64,000 nucleotides of DNA from Desulfobacterales bacterium (GTDB lineage Bacteria > Desulfobacterota > Desulfobacteria > Desulfobacterales > UBA5852). The translations under genes and the position numbers were made by a program. Positions 19,972 through 28,587 of the stretch are shown one piece after another. Position 1 is the first letter of the stretch. Each line of letters opens with the position of its first letter. The notes below the pieces were generated by a model. The model ran no database searches. It had not been told where the DNA came from and worked only from the letters and a program-made list of their open reading frames with translations. The stretch spans positions 352,001 through 416,000 of the forward strand of contig CAXXVS010000001.1 of assembly GCA_963674755.2 (NCBI GenBank), read 5' to 3'.

Positions 19972-20010
19972 TCGGAAGCACATAATCAGGTTTAATAAAA
20001 TATTGTTTGG

Positions 20011-21336
20011 TTAAGAATATTTTAATAACAAGTTATATTGCCTTAGCTCTATGTTTACAGCATTTACTTTTTTTATAAGACTTGTTTTTCTTGCAGATTC
20101 GTTAAAAAGATTCTCTAAAAGTTCTTGTTTATCAGGATCATCAATAAGAGTATATTGTCCTTTTTTGTCACCATACATAATGCCAACTGGGGTTCCTTCT
20201 TCAGATATCATTAGAATACAGATAAATGTACTTTTCCCTTTTCCCGCTTTTTCTGCTTCGTCAATAGTCATTCCCCAACCTTTAACAAGCTCACTTACCT
20301 CAGTAGGAACATTTCCGTTAAATTGACTCTCTTTAAGCCTCCAAGTTAGGCCAATTATACCAAACCTGATGGGATTAGTTCTCCCCTTACCGCCCTCTCC
20401 TTTTTTATAATAGTCTAATAATTGATAAAGCTTGTCTTGGAAAAGGATATCAGGAACATGAATGGTAAATCGGAAATCAGATAGGCAAATATTATTCGCC
20501 TTTGCTTTAAGAATTAATTCATCAATGGTAGTCCTGAAGGAATCATTAAGTTGGTTGACATAAACGCTATTATCGTATGCTCTTTGCACTTCCTTGCGAG
20601 TTTCATCTATGGTTGATTCCAGGTTTTTTCTCAAAGCTTGAGTCTCATCTTTATCGAGAACAAACTCGGTTCCGGGAAGTTTTATTGATTTAAAAGGTCG
20701 AAATAAGCTTGCTAAGTTTTTTGTAGCACCTCTATTAAGTAGTAGGACAAATAATAAGATAAAAGTGACAGCTGGCCAAGTAAATAATTTATCAAAAATA
20801 TTGCTAGCATTTTCGGAATTAAAACCAAATATTTTATAGGCATATTCATTAGAAAATTGGGAAGTGTCTAAATTGTTATTCATAAATCGAATAGAATTAT
20901 AGAAACTTTTAATCTCTTCACATGATTGAAACAGTTTTGTTTGGATAGCTGCTATTTTACTTGCTCTGTTTGCTTGGCTTATCGAGAAATAGCTGTCTAT
21001 GCTATTCAGATAATGAATTAGCTTTTCTTTGCTGCCTTTATCGCTAAAATTAAGTTTGTTTTCACCTGCAAAGAGCTTCTGCTTATCAACGATCAATGCG
21101 TCCCAATCAATATTCACATTAGTACCGTTAGCGAGCATATTTATAGACGGACTTTCTATGTTAAATAAGTCTTGTTGTGCTTCATTGATAAGATTTGTTA
21201 CTATCTCTATTTTATCATTATCAACCTTTTTCAAGACAAAGAGATTTATCATTAGCATGGTTAATAACGCCGATGCAAAAAAAACCAAAATACACATAGT
21301 CCTTTTTGATAAGTGGATACGTGTCATATTAGTCAC
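20011..21336 (-). CDS. Membrane protein (2 TM) with C-terminal GAF-like domain
   Basis: Hydrophobic segments near aa 15-35 and ~185-200; C-terminal GIIGLTW..FICILM..PVGIMYGD pattern reminiscent of GAF. Confidence 0.7.
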   Translation of the reverse strand: MTNMTRIHLSKRTMCILVFFASALLTMLMINLFVLKKVDNDKIEIVTNLINEAQQDLFNIESPSINMLANGTNVNIDWDALIVDKQKLFAGENKLNFSDKGSKEKLIHYLNSIDSYFSISQANRASKIAAIQTKLFQSCEEIKSFYNSIRFMNNNLDTSQFSNEYAYKIFGFNSENASNIFDKLFTWPAVTFILLFVLLLNRGATKNLASLFRPFKSIKLPGTEFVLDKDETQALRKNLESTIDETRKEVQRAYDNSVYVNQLNDSFRTTIDELILKAKANNICLSDFRFTIHVPDILFQDKLYQLLDYYKKGEGGKGRTNPIRFGIIGLTWRLKESQFNGNVPTEVSELVKGWGMTIDEAEKAGKGKSTFICILMISEEGTPVGIMYGDKKGQYTLIDDPDKQELLENLFNESARKTSLIKKVNAVNIELRQYNLLLKYS

Positions 21337-21347
21337 CCATATTTATC

Positions 21348-21701
21348 CTATTTCCATTGCTCAATAAAATAGTTGCTTTCATTTTTAGGGTATTTAATCT
21401 CATTTTTAGTTAATTTATTTTCTGCAATTTTACCGAGATTAAGATTCAAAATATTCGCTAAGGAGGCACATAATATTACTACGTCAGCTATTTCATCAGC
21501 AGCTTTATTTATAAAGTCTTCTTCTTCGCAATCACTTTTTGATTTTAAATCGGATTTCCATACAAACATTTTAAGGAGCTCATTTGCCTCAACGGATATC
21601 GCAAGTGCTAAATCCTTAGGGTTGTGGAATTCTTCCCATTTCCTTTCAGAAACAAATTTATGAACTTCCTTCTGTAATTGTGAAAAATTTTCGAATGGCA
21701 T
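21348..21701 (-). CDS. MazG-like nucleotide pyrophosphohydrolase (dCTPase-1 type)
   Basis: FVSERKWEEFHNPKDLALAISVEANELL, DEIADV, KLTKNEIKYP. Confidence 0.92.
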   Translation of the reverse strand: MPFENFSQLQKEVHKFVSERKWEEFHNPKDLALAISVEANELLKMFVWKSDLKSKSDCEEEDFINKAADEIADVVILCASLANILNLNLGKIAENKLTKNEIKYPKNESNYFIEQWK

Positions 21702-21719
21702 AATAACCCCATTATTGTG

Positions 21720-22652
21720 TTATAAATTTAAATTGTTGACTGAAAAAACTTCAGTCTTAAAAATTTTATGAATATCTTCCACAAGCGGCAATTTTTCGCG
21801 CATCCCAAATTGCGACGCGACAAATGCGCCTATCGCATTCCCATATTTTAATGAATCTGATGGAGACAAGCCCGAAAGTATGGCACCCACAAACCCTGCA
21901 GAAAAGGCATCCCCGCAGCCTATTGTTGATTTCGTTTTCACCTTGAAACCAGGGAGGTATATATTTTCGCTTTCTGAGCAATAGTAAGAACCTTTTTCAC
22001 CAAGCGTAATCGCTACAGATTTGACACTTTTATTTAAAAAGAAATTTGCAGCCTTTTTAATGTCAGTTTGATTTGAATAATTCTTTGCTTCGAGTTCATT
22101 TACTATTAGCATTTTGGTCACTTCCAACATGGATAGGAATGATGAATTGTCTTTGAAAAAAGAAGAACCTGGGTTGAAGAAGAGTGAAGTTTTATTATTT
22201 TTCAAAAAATGGTAGAGTTCCATTGCTGTTTCCGGTCTTGTCGGAGCCAGATAGATGTTTTTATGCTTATTAAATATATTATTATCATATAAACTTAGAC
22301 TAAAATTCGACATGGAACCCGAAGATACATACGTTATTCTATTACCATAATCATCAACAGCTATTATATGCTGTGTATTTTTAGAGTTAAGGGCAGTGCG
22401 TATATAATCAGTCTTGATATTTGAAGCAGAGATCTTTTTGAATAGGTCTTCCCCTATTAAATCAGAACCGATACTGCACATTAAATAGGTGTCAATTTTA
22501 AAAACTGAAGAAAGTAAAACTGCTACATTTGCCCCAGCGCCACCACCAACTTCAGTATAGCTTTTGCAAAAAGTTTCTTCCCCTGGTTTTGGAAAATAAT
22601 CGGTTTCTATTATTATGTCTTTTGATGCGCTTCCAATTATAATAATATCCAT
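21720..22652 (-). CDS. PfkB/ribokinase-family kinase
   Basis: GGGAGANVA, IGSDLIG, VNELEA, ITLGEKG, TIGCGDAFSAG. Confidence 0.92.
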   Translation of the reverse strand: MDIIIIGSASKDIIIETDYFPKPGEETFCKSYTEVGGGAGANVAVLLSSVFKIDTYLMCSIGSDLIGEDLFKKISASNIKTDYIRTALNSKNTQHIIAVDDYGNRITYVSSGSMSNFSLSLYDNNIFNKHKNIYLAPTRPETAMELYHFLKNNKTSLFFNPGSSFFKDNSSFLSMLEVTKMLIVNELEAKNYSNQTDIKKAANFFLNKSVKSVAITLGEKGSYYCSESENIYLPGFKVKTKSTIGCGDAFSAGFVGAILSGLSPSDSLKYGNAIGAFVASQFGMREKLPLVEDIHKIFKTEVFSVNNLNL

Positions 22653-22667
22653 AGAATACCTTCTATA

Positions 22668-23426
22668 TTATTTTTCTGCTTTATAGCAGTACAAGATTGG
22701 CAAATGCCGAAAATTTATGTTTTTATGTTTCGCTATGTTAAAGATCGTGTTGGGTATCTCTTGAAGTTTAATTTCGTTAGGAATATATATACAATCTATA
22801 ATAACTCTTCTAAAACATGCAGATAGCAATTTGTTCTGTAAATTTTCAATAGTATCTATTAATGAGGGCAACTTTACTGAAATACCAGATTGGGTTTTGA
22901 AAGCAGCAATAGTTTTATCCCTATAGTTAAATCTAGCTCCTGAGGCCCAATCAAACGAAGGTATTGTGCCAAACATAATGCCGTTTTTTGATAGAACGCG
23001 GTATGACTCTTTATAGAAGTCAAAAATATTATATGGATCTGATAAAAAAGAAAAAAGTAAATCAATACCACTATTCTTTATAGGTATTTCAAGTGATGAT
23101 GAAACAAAAAAGTTAGCCAAAATATTATTAATTTGAATCGAGTGTTGTAACATTTTAATGGATATGTCTGATAAAAAAATATTTTTAGTTTTGAACCTCC
23201 AAAACTCAACTAATTTAGATTTTCCGCAACCCACCTCCAAGATTTTAATATGTCTGTTATTCAAAAAATTTTCCAAATCCCAATTCAATACCGCCACCGA
23301 ATTAAGGTTATCAAACAACTTACATGTTCTATGAAAACTTTCATAATATTCGTGGGAAATTAAGCTGTAGCCTAATTTTGACTTAGCCTCAATCTCTTTA
23401 ATATCATTTGAGGGTTTAACAATCAT
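22668..23426 (-). CDS. Class I SAM-dependent methyltransferase
   Basis: ILEVGCGKS, LSDISIKML, YRVLSKNG. Confidence 0.85.
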   Translation of the reverse strand: MIVKPSNDIKEIEAKSKLGYSLISHEYYESFHRTCKLFDNLNSVAVLNWDLENFLNNRHIKILEVGCGKSKLVEFWRFKTKNIFLSDISIKMLQHSIQINNILANFFVSSSLEIPIKNSGIDLLFSFLSDPYNIFDFYKESYRVLSKNGIMFGTIPSFDWASGARFNYRDKTIAAFKTQSGISVKLPSLIDTIENLQNKLLSACFRRVIIDCIYIPNEIKLQEIPNTIFNIAKHKNINFRHLPILYCYKAEK

Positions 23427-23526
23427 TTGATAAAGCCAGTTAAAAATTTTCTACAAGGGAGTAGCTATGAGGCTATTTTGACTATTGAGTCATTACTAAA
23501 TTAATGCCGCTAGTATCAATATAATT

Positions 23527-24003
23527 TTATATTTTATTCGGAGAGCTAAGTGTGAGTGGTTTAATGTTTCTATTTTGCCTAACAAAACTACACCCCGCAT
23601 AACAATGAAACCCGGGCTGATCCTGGATTGCACCCAACTGGTTGGCGTCATCGTCAAGTTCGGCTGCCTGGACGTCGGGTTTCTTGGCCGCAGTGATTAC
23701 GGCCTCCGACCCGGCGGCATTTGTTTCGGGTGGCTCAATTTGCTCCACGCAGAATAGGAGGGACGCGAACAGGGCGACGAGGCACATACGACGCAGGCTT
23801 TTCGCCTTGCGTGGCGGGCTTGCCTTTTGGGTGGGATGGCCGCCGTTAATGACAACATTATCGTTGCCGATCACGACCTGGTTGCCGTTGCCGGTGATGT
23901 TGCCGACGGATGCCGGCTTTTGATCCTCGCGGGTTTTGTCTATAATTGGTTCAGCTTCCTTCAGTATATTTTCGATCTTTTCCCTTCGGTTACCAGCGCT
24001 CAT
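23527..24003 (-). CDS. Hypothetical phage-like protein with Gly/Asn-rich repeat and TM segment
   Basis: GNITGNGNQVVIGNDNVVINGG, AAGGGG upstream; follows the repressor-like tail. Confidence 0.55.
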   Translation of the reverse strand: MSAGNRREKIENILKEAEPIIDKTREDQKPASVGNITGNGNQVVIGNDNVVINGGHPTQKASPPRKAKSLRRMCLVALFASLLFCVEQIEPPETNAAGSEAVITAAKKPDVQAAELDDDANQLGAIQDQPGFHCYAGCSFVRQNRNIKPLTLSSPNKI

Positions 24004-24034
24004 AGGTCCCCTTTCCCAAGGGCGGCGTTTGCCA

Positions 24035-24130
24035 TCACGCCACGAGCTTCAACAGCCTCTCCACTGTTGCGGTTGCCGGCATTTCCTCTCTCTCCAGGTG
24101 TTCCTCATACAAATACAGCACGGCTTCGGC
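24035..24130 (-). pseudogene. C-terminal relic resembling a Mu-like prophage repressor tail
   Basis: RAEAVLYLYEEHL..TVERLLKLVA*; no HTH upstream. Confidence 0.4.
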
Positions 24131-24464
24131 CCTTGTTGCGCTCCAGCCGCTCCAGCATGAAGCGGATCGTATCGTCCCGGAAGCGGTCGCCGGGAAATCA
24201 AAAGTTTCGATGGTGAGTGTGTCGCGGGTGATCGGCCGGCTGAGCGTGTCGGACGCCATCATGAGCGCGGTAGTCCGGGCTATGTGTAAGCCGAAAACCG
24301 AGGTGCTCCCGGGCAGTTGTTTCGGGCTGAAATTGTGACATACTTCCAGGGCCTTGGGCCGCAATCAACCTTTAACGGGACAGGGTGCGAAAGTCAATGT
24401 CTAAGCGATCCCGGAAAATTGATCGGCGGCGGGTTTTCGTAACTCGCTTAGGTTCCCCGTCGAG

Positions 24465-25466
24465 CTATGGCTTGCGGGGTTTGGTCTGCATGACGGCCCG
24501 GTAGGCTTCCGAAAGGCGGATGAAGTCGCGGGGGCGTCCGCCCTGATCCGGGTGCGCGGCCATGGCCTTGCGCCGGAAGAGGCGGGTAACCTCCCGCCGG
24601 TTCATTTGACGCAGGGCTTCCTCGGCCACGCCAAACACCCGGCCGGCCTCCTGGAAGGAAACCCCGGCCGTGCCCTGGGGCCAGCGGTGACGGCGGTGGG
24701 CGTTGCGGAACTGCTGAAATAGGTTTTCCAGGAAGTCGCTCTGGCCGTAGTCCTGATCGAAGTACATGATCAGGTAGCGTGTCAGATAGTCCTGGAGGTG
24801 ATCGCGCATGGGGAGGCCGGCCCAGAAGGCGGCATCGCGGTTGAGGCGGCAGATTTCCCGGACGAACCAGGTGTCCACCGCTTCCTGGTCGAGGGCCTGG
24901 GGCATGGTTTTGGCGCACAGCTCGCTGAAATGGCGCTGCAGGTCGAAGATGACGTAGACATAGGCCTTGCGCTCGTGGGGCTTCAGGATGCGCTCGGACT
25001 GCAGGAAATACTGCTCGATTTCGTCCCGGGAGCGGTCCCGGACGGGGCGGAAGATCTTGGACGGCACGCGGCCGATGGGGCCCTGGTCCATGCGGCCGAA
25101 GCGCAGGAAATGTACCCGCCGCTTGTCGAAAAGATGCACCGGCAGACGGCGGTCGGCAGGGTTTGGATCTTCCGGGGGCCGCTGCCGCCGGCGGAAGCTG
25201 CCCACGGCATGGCGGATGTCCCGGTCCACGAAGGGCCACAGCAGGTCGTCCAGTTCTTCCGGTCCGGGGTGGCCGCCCCTGGTAAGTATGCGGTCTTCGA
25301 GTTCCGGGTCGATGTAGTAGCTGCGCCCCCCCGGATAGACGATGTGCTGGGCCGGATCGTGCCCCAGGTCCGCCAGCGGGCGGCTGCGGTAGCAGGCCCC
25401 ATCCCAGTAGGATTCCCGAATTTCGAAGCGGTACCATCGATTTTCGTGTATGGCGGCCAGGTACAT
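24465..25466 (-). CDS. Protein with C-terminal J domain
   Basis: FRRKAMAAHPDQGG..FIRLSEAY. Confidence 0.85.
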   Translation of the reverse strand: MYLAAIHENRWYRFEIRESYWDGACYRSRPLADLGHDPAQHIVYPGGRSYYIDPELEDRILTRGGHPGPEELDDLLWPFVDRDIRHAVGSFRRRQRPPEDPNPADRRLPVHLFDKRRVHFLRFGRMDQGPIGRVPSKIFRPVRDRSRDEIEQYFLQSERILKPHERKAYVYVIFDLQRHFSELCAKTMPQALDQEAVDTWFVREICRLNRDAAFWAGLPMRDHLQDYLTRYLIMYFDQDYGQSDFLENLFQQFRNAHRRHRWPQGTAGVSFQEAGRVFGVAEEALRQMNRREVTRLFRRKAMAAHPDQGGRPRDFIRLSEAYRAVMQTKPRKP

Positions 25467-25486
25467 GGGAACACGTCCGGCGTGGG

Positions 25487-25984
25487 TTAGAGGGCTTGCA
25501 GAGCAGCCTCGTAATCCGGCTCGTCGGCGATTTCGGGAACCAGTTGATGGTAGGCCACACGGCCCTTTTCATCCACGACCACCACCGCCCGCGCGAAGAG
25601 CCCCGCCAGCGGTCCATCGGTGATGCGCACCCCGTAATGATTGCCGAATTCCGGCTGACGGAAGGCCGAGGCGGATACGACGTTTTCGATGCCTTCGGCC
25701 CCGCAGAAGCGGGCATGGGCAAACGGCAGGTCCATGGAGATGCAGACCACGACGGCATTGTCGCGTTGGGCGATTTCCGTATTGAAACGGCGGACGCTCA
25801 TGGCGCAGGTGGGGGTGTCGACGCTCGGGAAGATATTCAGGACGACCTTCCGGCCGGCAAAATCCTGCAGGCGGACTTCCTTGAGATCTTTATCCACAAC
25901 GGTGAAGCCGGGGGCGGGTTCGCCGACGGCGGGCAGGTTGCCGACGGTGTTGACGGGGTTGCCTTTCAATGTGACTTGGGCCAT
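25487..25984 (-). CDS. tpx: Thiol peroxidase
   Basis: LNIFPSVDTPTCA, SMDLPFAHARFCGAEG, EPDYE. Confidence 0.96.
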   Translation of the reverse strand: MAQVTLKGNPVNTVGNLPAVGEPAPGFTVVDKDLKEVRLQDFAGRKVVLNIFPSVDTPTCAMSVRRFNTEIAQRDNAVVVCISMDLPFAHARFCGAEGIENVVSASAFRQPEFGNHYGVRITDGPLAGLFARAVVVVDEKGRVAYHQLVPEIADEPDYEAALQAL

Positions 25985-26080
25985 GGAAGTTCTCCTTTAG
26001 CAATAGTGGTGAATTGAACGCGTTCCATGACCATAAGACATCCTGGCCGAAAATAAAGCATCTGCATGGATTCCCCTGCG

Positions 26081-26584
26081 TTAGTCGCACTGCCCGGGAT
26101 CGTCCCCGCAGGCATCCTCCCGCGCCTTTTCGGCCAGGCGCAACTTGCGGCGGGCCTGGGCCATGCGCAGGCGGCGCTGTTGCAGCGCCGTCTCGGCCGT
26201 CAGGGGCGGCACCGGCGTGGGGCGCCCGTTTTCATCCAGGGCCACGAAGGTGAGATAGGCGGAGGCCACATGGCGTCTTTCGCCGGTCAACAGCATTTCG
26301 GTCTCCGCCCGCACGCCCACTTCCATGGAGGTCCGGCCGGCCATGTTGACGCTGGCCTTGAGGATCAGCAGGTTGCCCACATAGGCCGGGTGGATGAAGT
26401 CCAGGCGGTCGATGGAGGCGGTCACCACATTGCAGCGGGCGTGGCGGAAGGCCGCCACCCCGGCCGCGCTGTCGATGTGCTTCACAATGACGCCGCCGTG
26501 GATGTTGCCGGCCGGGTTGGCATCCTCGGGCAGCAGAAAATGGGTTAAGGTGGACTGGCTTGCGGTGACGGTCTTGGCATTCAT
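26081..26584 (-). CDS. Acyl-CoA thioesterase (hotdog fold)
   Basis: DANPAGNIHGG, VVTAS, GRTSMEVGV, YLTFVALD; ATGA overlap with upstream gene. Confidence 0.92.
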   Translation of the reverse strand: MNAKTVTASQSTLTHFLLPEDANPAGNIHGGVIVKHIDSAAGVAAFRHARCNVVTASIDRLDFIHPAYVGNLLILKASVNMAGRTSMEVGVRAETEMLLTGERRHVASAYLTFVALDENGRPTPVPPLTAETALQQRRLRMAQARRKLRLAEKAREDACGDDPGQCD

Positions 26585-28587
26585 GGGTGCGGGCCTCCAT
26601 GGTCTTCTTCCAACGGTTCGATACGGCAAAAGGATTCGTGATAGGCGGCATTTTCGCCCATGTCCGAAAGGACGTCGCCGGTCAGGCGGTTGACGGAGCC
26701 ACTGCGGTGCCACCAGCCCTGGTGGATTTTGACGATGCCGGGAAGCAGGCCGGCATCGGTTGCCAGGCGGGCCGCAATATGGCCCCGGGGGCTGGCAATC
26801 CGCATCATCCGGCCGGGGCTCAGGTGGCGACGCGCGGCCTCCGCCGGGTGGATGGATGCCACCGGCGGGTCGCTGCGAAAGGCGAATTGCTGGGAGTGCA
26901 TGGCGTGGGGATGATGGGGGGTCAGCAGACGGAAGGGATAGTCCGCCGGCGCGCTATGGACCGGTTCATACGTCGGCAGGGCCCGTCCGCCGTCCGCCAG
27001 GGCTTTCGCCGAATAGAATTCGAAGCGCCCCGAGGGAGTGCGGAAACGGCCGTCGCGCCAGGGCACGTCCCCATCGGGGATTTTGAAGGGGGCCGCCTGC
27101 AGATCCTCGATAGTGACCCCGAATTGCCGGGTCAGGGGCGCCAGGGCGTTTTCCAGGAAGACCCGGGCCGGCACATCGGGATAGCCGTCGAGTTCCATGC
27201 GCCGCGCCAACCGTCGAAAGAGTTCGTATTCGCCCAGCAGACCGTCGGGGGGCGCCACCGCCGGAGCGGCGTAGTTCAGGTAGGGCGAAAACATGGAACT
27301 GTAGACCAGATCCTCTTCTTCCAGAATGCTGGTGCAGGGCAGCACCAGGTCGGCGGCGCGGGCCGTGTCGGTCATGAACATGTCGATCACGACTTTGAAG
27401 GGGACACGGGCCAGGGCGCGCTCCAGGGCATTGATATCCGGCATTTGAACCAGCGGGTTGGCCTTGGCGAACATGGCGACCTCAATGGGCGGATCGTCGG
27501 CCGAGGCCAGGAAGCGCGCCATGCGGGCCAGGGGGAAGGTCCGGGGCGGATGGGCGGGCAGGCGCGCGCCGGCGCCCCCCGTGCGGTCGATCCAGGGGGC
27601 GATGGCGCGGTTGGCAAAGTTGACCCCGCCCCCCGCACGGCCGATATTACCGGTCAGGGCGGCCAGGGCGTCGATGCAGCGCACGGTGTTGCCGCCGTTG
27701 GCATAGCGCTGGAGCCCCATGCCGATGATGATGGCGGCGGGCGAGCGGTCGGCGTAACGTTCGGCCAGGCGGCAAATGACATCTTCGGGAATACCGGTGA
27801 TTCCGGCGGCGTGCGCCGGTGTAAAGGCTTGCAGGGATTCCCGGAAGCGTTCGAAACCCAGGGTGTGTTCGGCAATGAAGGGTTGATCGATGCGGCCGGT
27901 GGCCAGCAGGTGCTGGGCCATGCCCAGGGCCAGGGCGCCGTCGGTGCCCGGCTGCGGCTGCAGATGGAGATCGGCCTGGGTCGCGCTGAGGGTTTTACAG
28001 GGATCGATGACCGTCAGGTGCGCGCCCTGTTGGCGCGCTTGCTGCAAAAACGGCACGCTATGGGGATTGGTGGCCACCGGGTTGCGGCCCCAGATCAGGA
28101 TGCAGCCGGCATGGGCCAGGTCCTGGATGGCGTGGCCGCGCACATCGCCGAAATCATAGCGCTGGGCGGCGATCCCGGCCGACCAGCAGAGACTGCCCCG
28201 GGGAACTGAAACGCCCCCCAGGTGATCGAAAAAAAGACGATCGACGGATTTGATCAAGCCCCCATAGCCGCTGTCGGCATAATATAGAATGGACTGGAGG
28301 CCGTGGCTTCGAATGGCATGGCGGAAGCGCTCGGCCAGGAGGTCGAGGGCGGCGTCCCAGGCGAGGGGCTTCCAGCGGCCGTTTTCCTTCAGACGGGGTT
28401 GGCGCAGGCGTTGGGGATGGTAGAGGCGTTCCAGCAGATTTTTGCCTTTGACGCAGATGCGGCCCCGGGTAAGGGGATGGGCCGGATCGCCTTTGAGCCC
28501 CACCACCCGGCCATTCTCCACTTCGGCCAACAGGCCGCAGGCATCGAAGCAGTCCAGGGGGCAGGCGCATTTCACCAGACGTTTCAC
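26581..28587 (-). CDS. Molybdopterin-dependent oxidoreductase (bis-MGD family)
   Basis: CPLDCFDAC..GRICVKG, WGRNP, PGTDGALA, TDTARAADLVLP, C-terminal MGD-binding domain. Confidence 0.92.
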   Translation of the reverse strand: MKRLVKCACPLDCFDACGLLAEVENGRVVGLKGDPAHPLTRGRICVKGKNLLERLYHPQRLRQPRLKENGRWKPLAWDAALDLLAERFRHAIRSHGLQSILYYADSGYGGLIKSVDRLFFDHLGGVSVPRGSLCWSAGIAAQRYDFGDVRGHAIQDLAHAGCILIWGRNPVATNPHSVPFLQQARQQGAHLTVIDPCKTLSATQADLHLQPQPGTDGALALGMAQHLLATGRIDQPFIAEHTLGFERFRESLQAFTPAHAAGITGIPEDVICRLAERYADRSPAAIIIGMGLQRYANGGNTVRCIDALAALTGNIGRAGGGVNFANRAIAPWIDRTGGAGARLPAHPPRTFPLARMARFLASADDPPIEVAMFAKANPLVQMPDINALERALARVPFKVVIDMFMTDTARAADLVLPCTSILEEEDLVYSSMFSPYLNYAAPAVAPPDGLLGEYELFRRLARRMELDGYPDVPARVFLENALAPLTRQFGVTIEDLQAAPFKIPDGDVPWRDGRFRTPSGRFEFYSAKALADGGRALPTYEPVHSAPADYPFRLLTPHHPHAMHSQQFAFRSDPPVASIHPAEAARRHLSPGRMMRIASPRGHIAARLATDAGLLPGIVKIHQGWWHRSGSVNRLTGDVLSDMGENAAYHESFCRIEPLEEDHGGPHP

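Larger units (their letters stand above)
14940..24200. mobile_element. AT-rich accessory island / hypervariable region (boundaries approximate)
   Basis: Clear GC drop by eye relative to the flanks; transposase, intron and phage-repressor relics; short repeated end motifs. Confidence 0.7.

Noticed and set aside
14940..24200. Integron cassette array
   Set aside because: No intI gene and no convincing attC pattern (RYYYAAC...GTTRRRY) between the genes.
24448..25758. 436 aa minus-strand ORF
   Set aside because: Alternative frame over the J-domain gene and tpx; Pro/Arg-rich composition typical of a non-coding frame.
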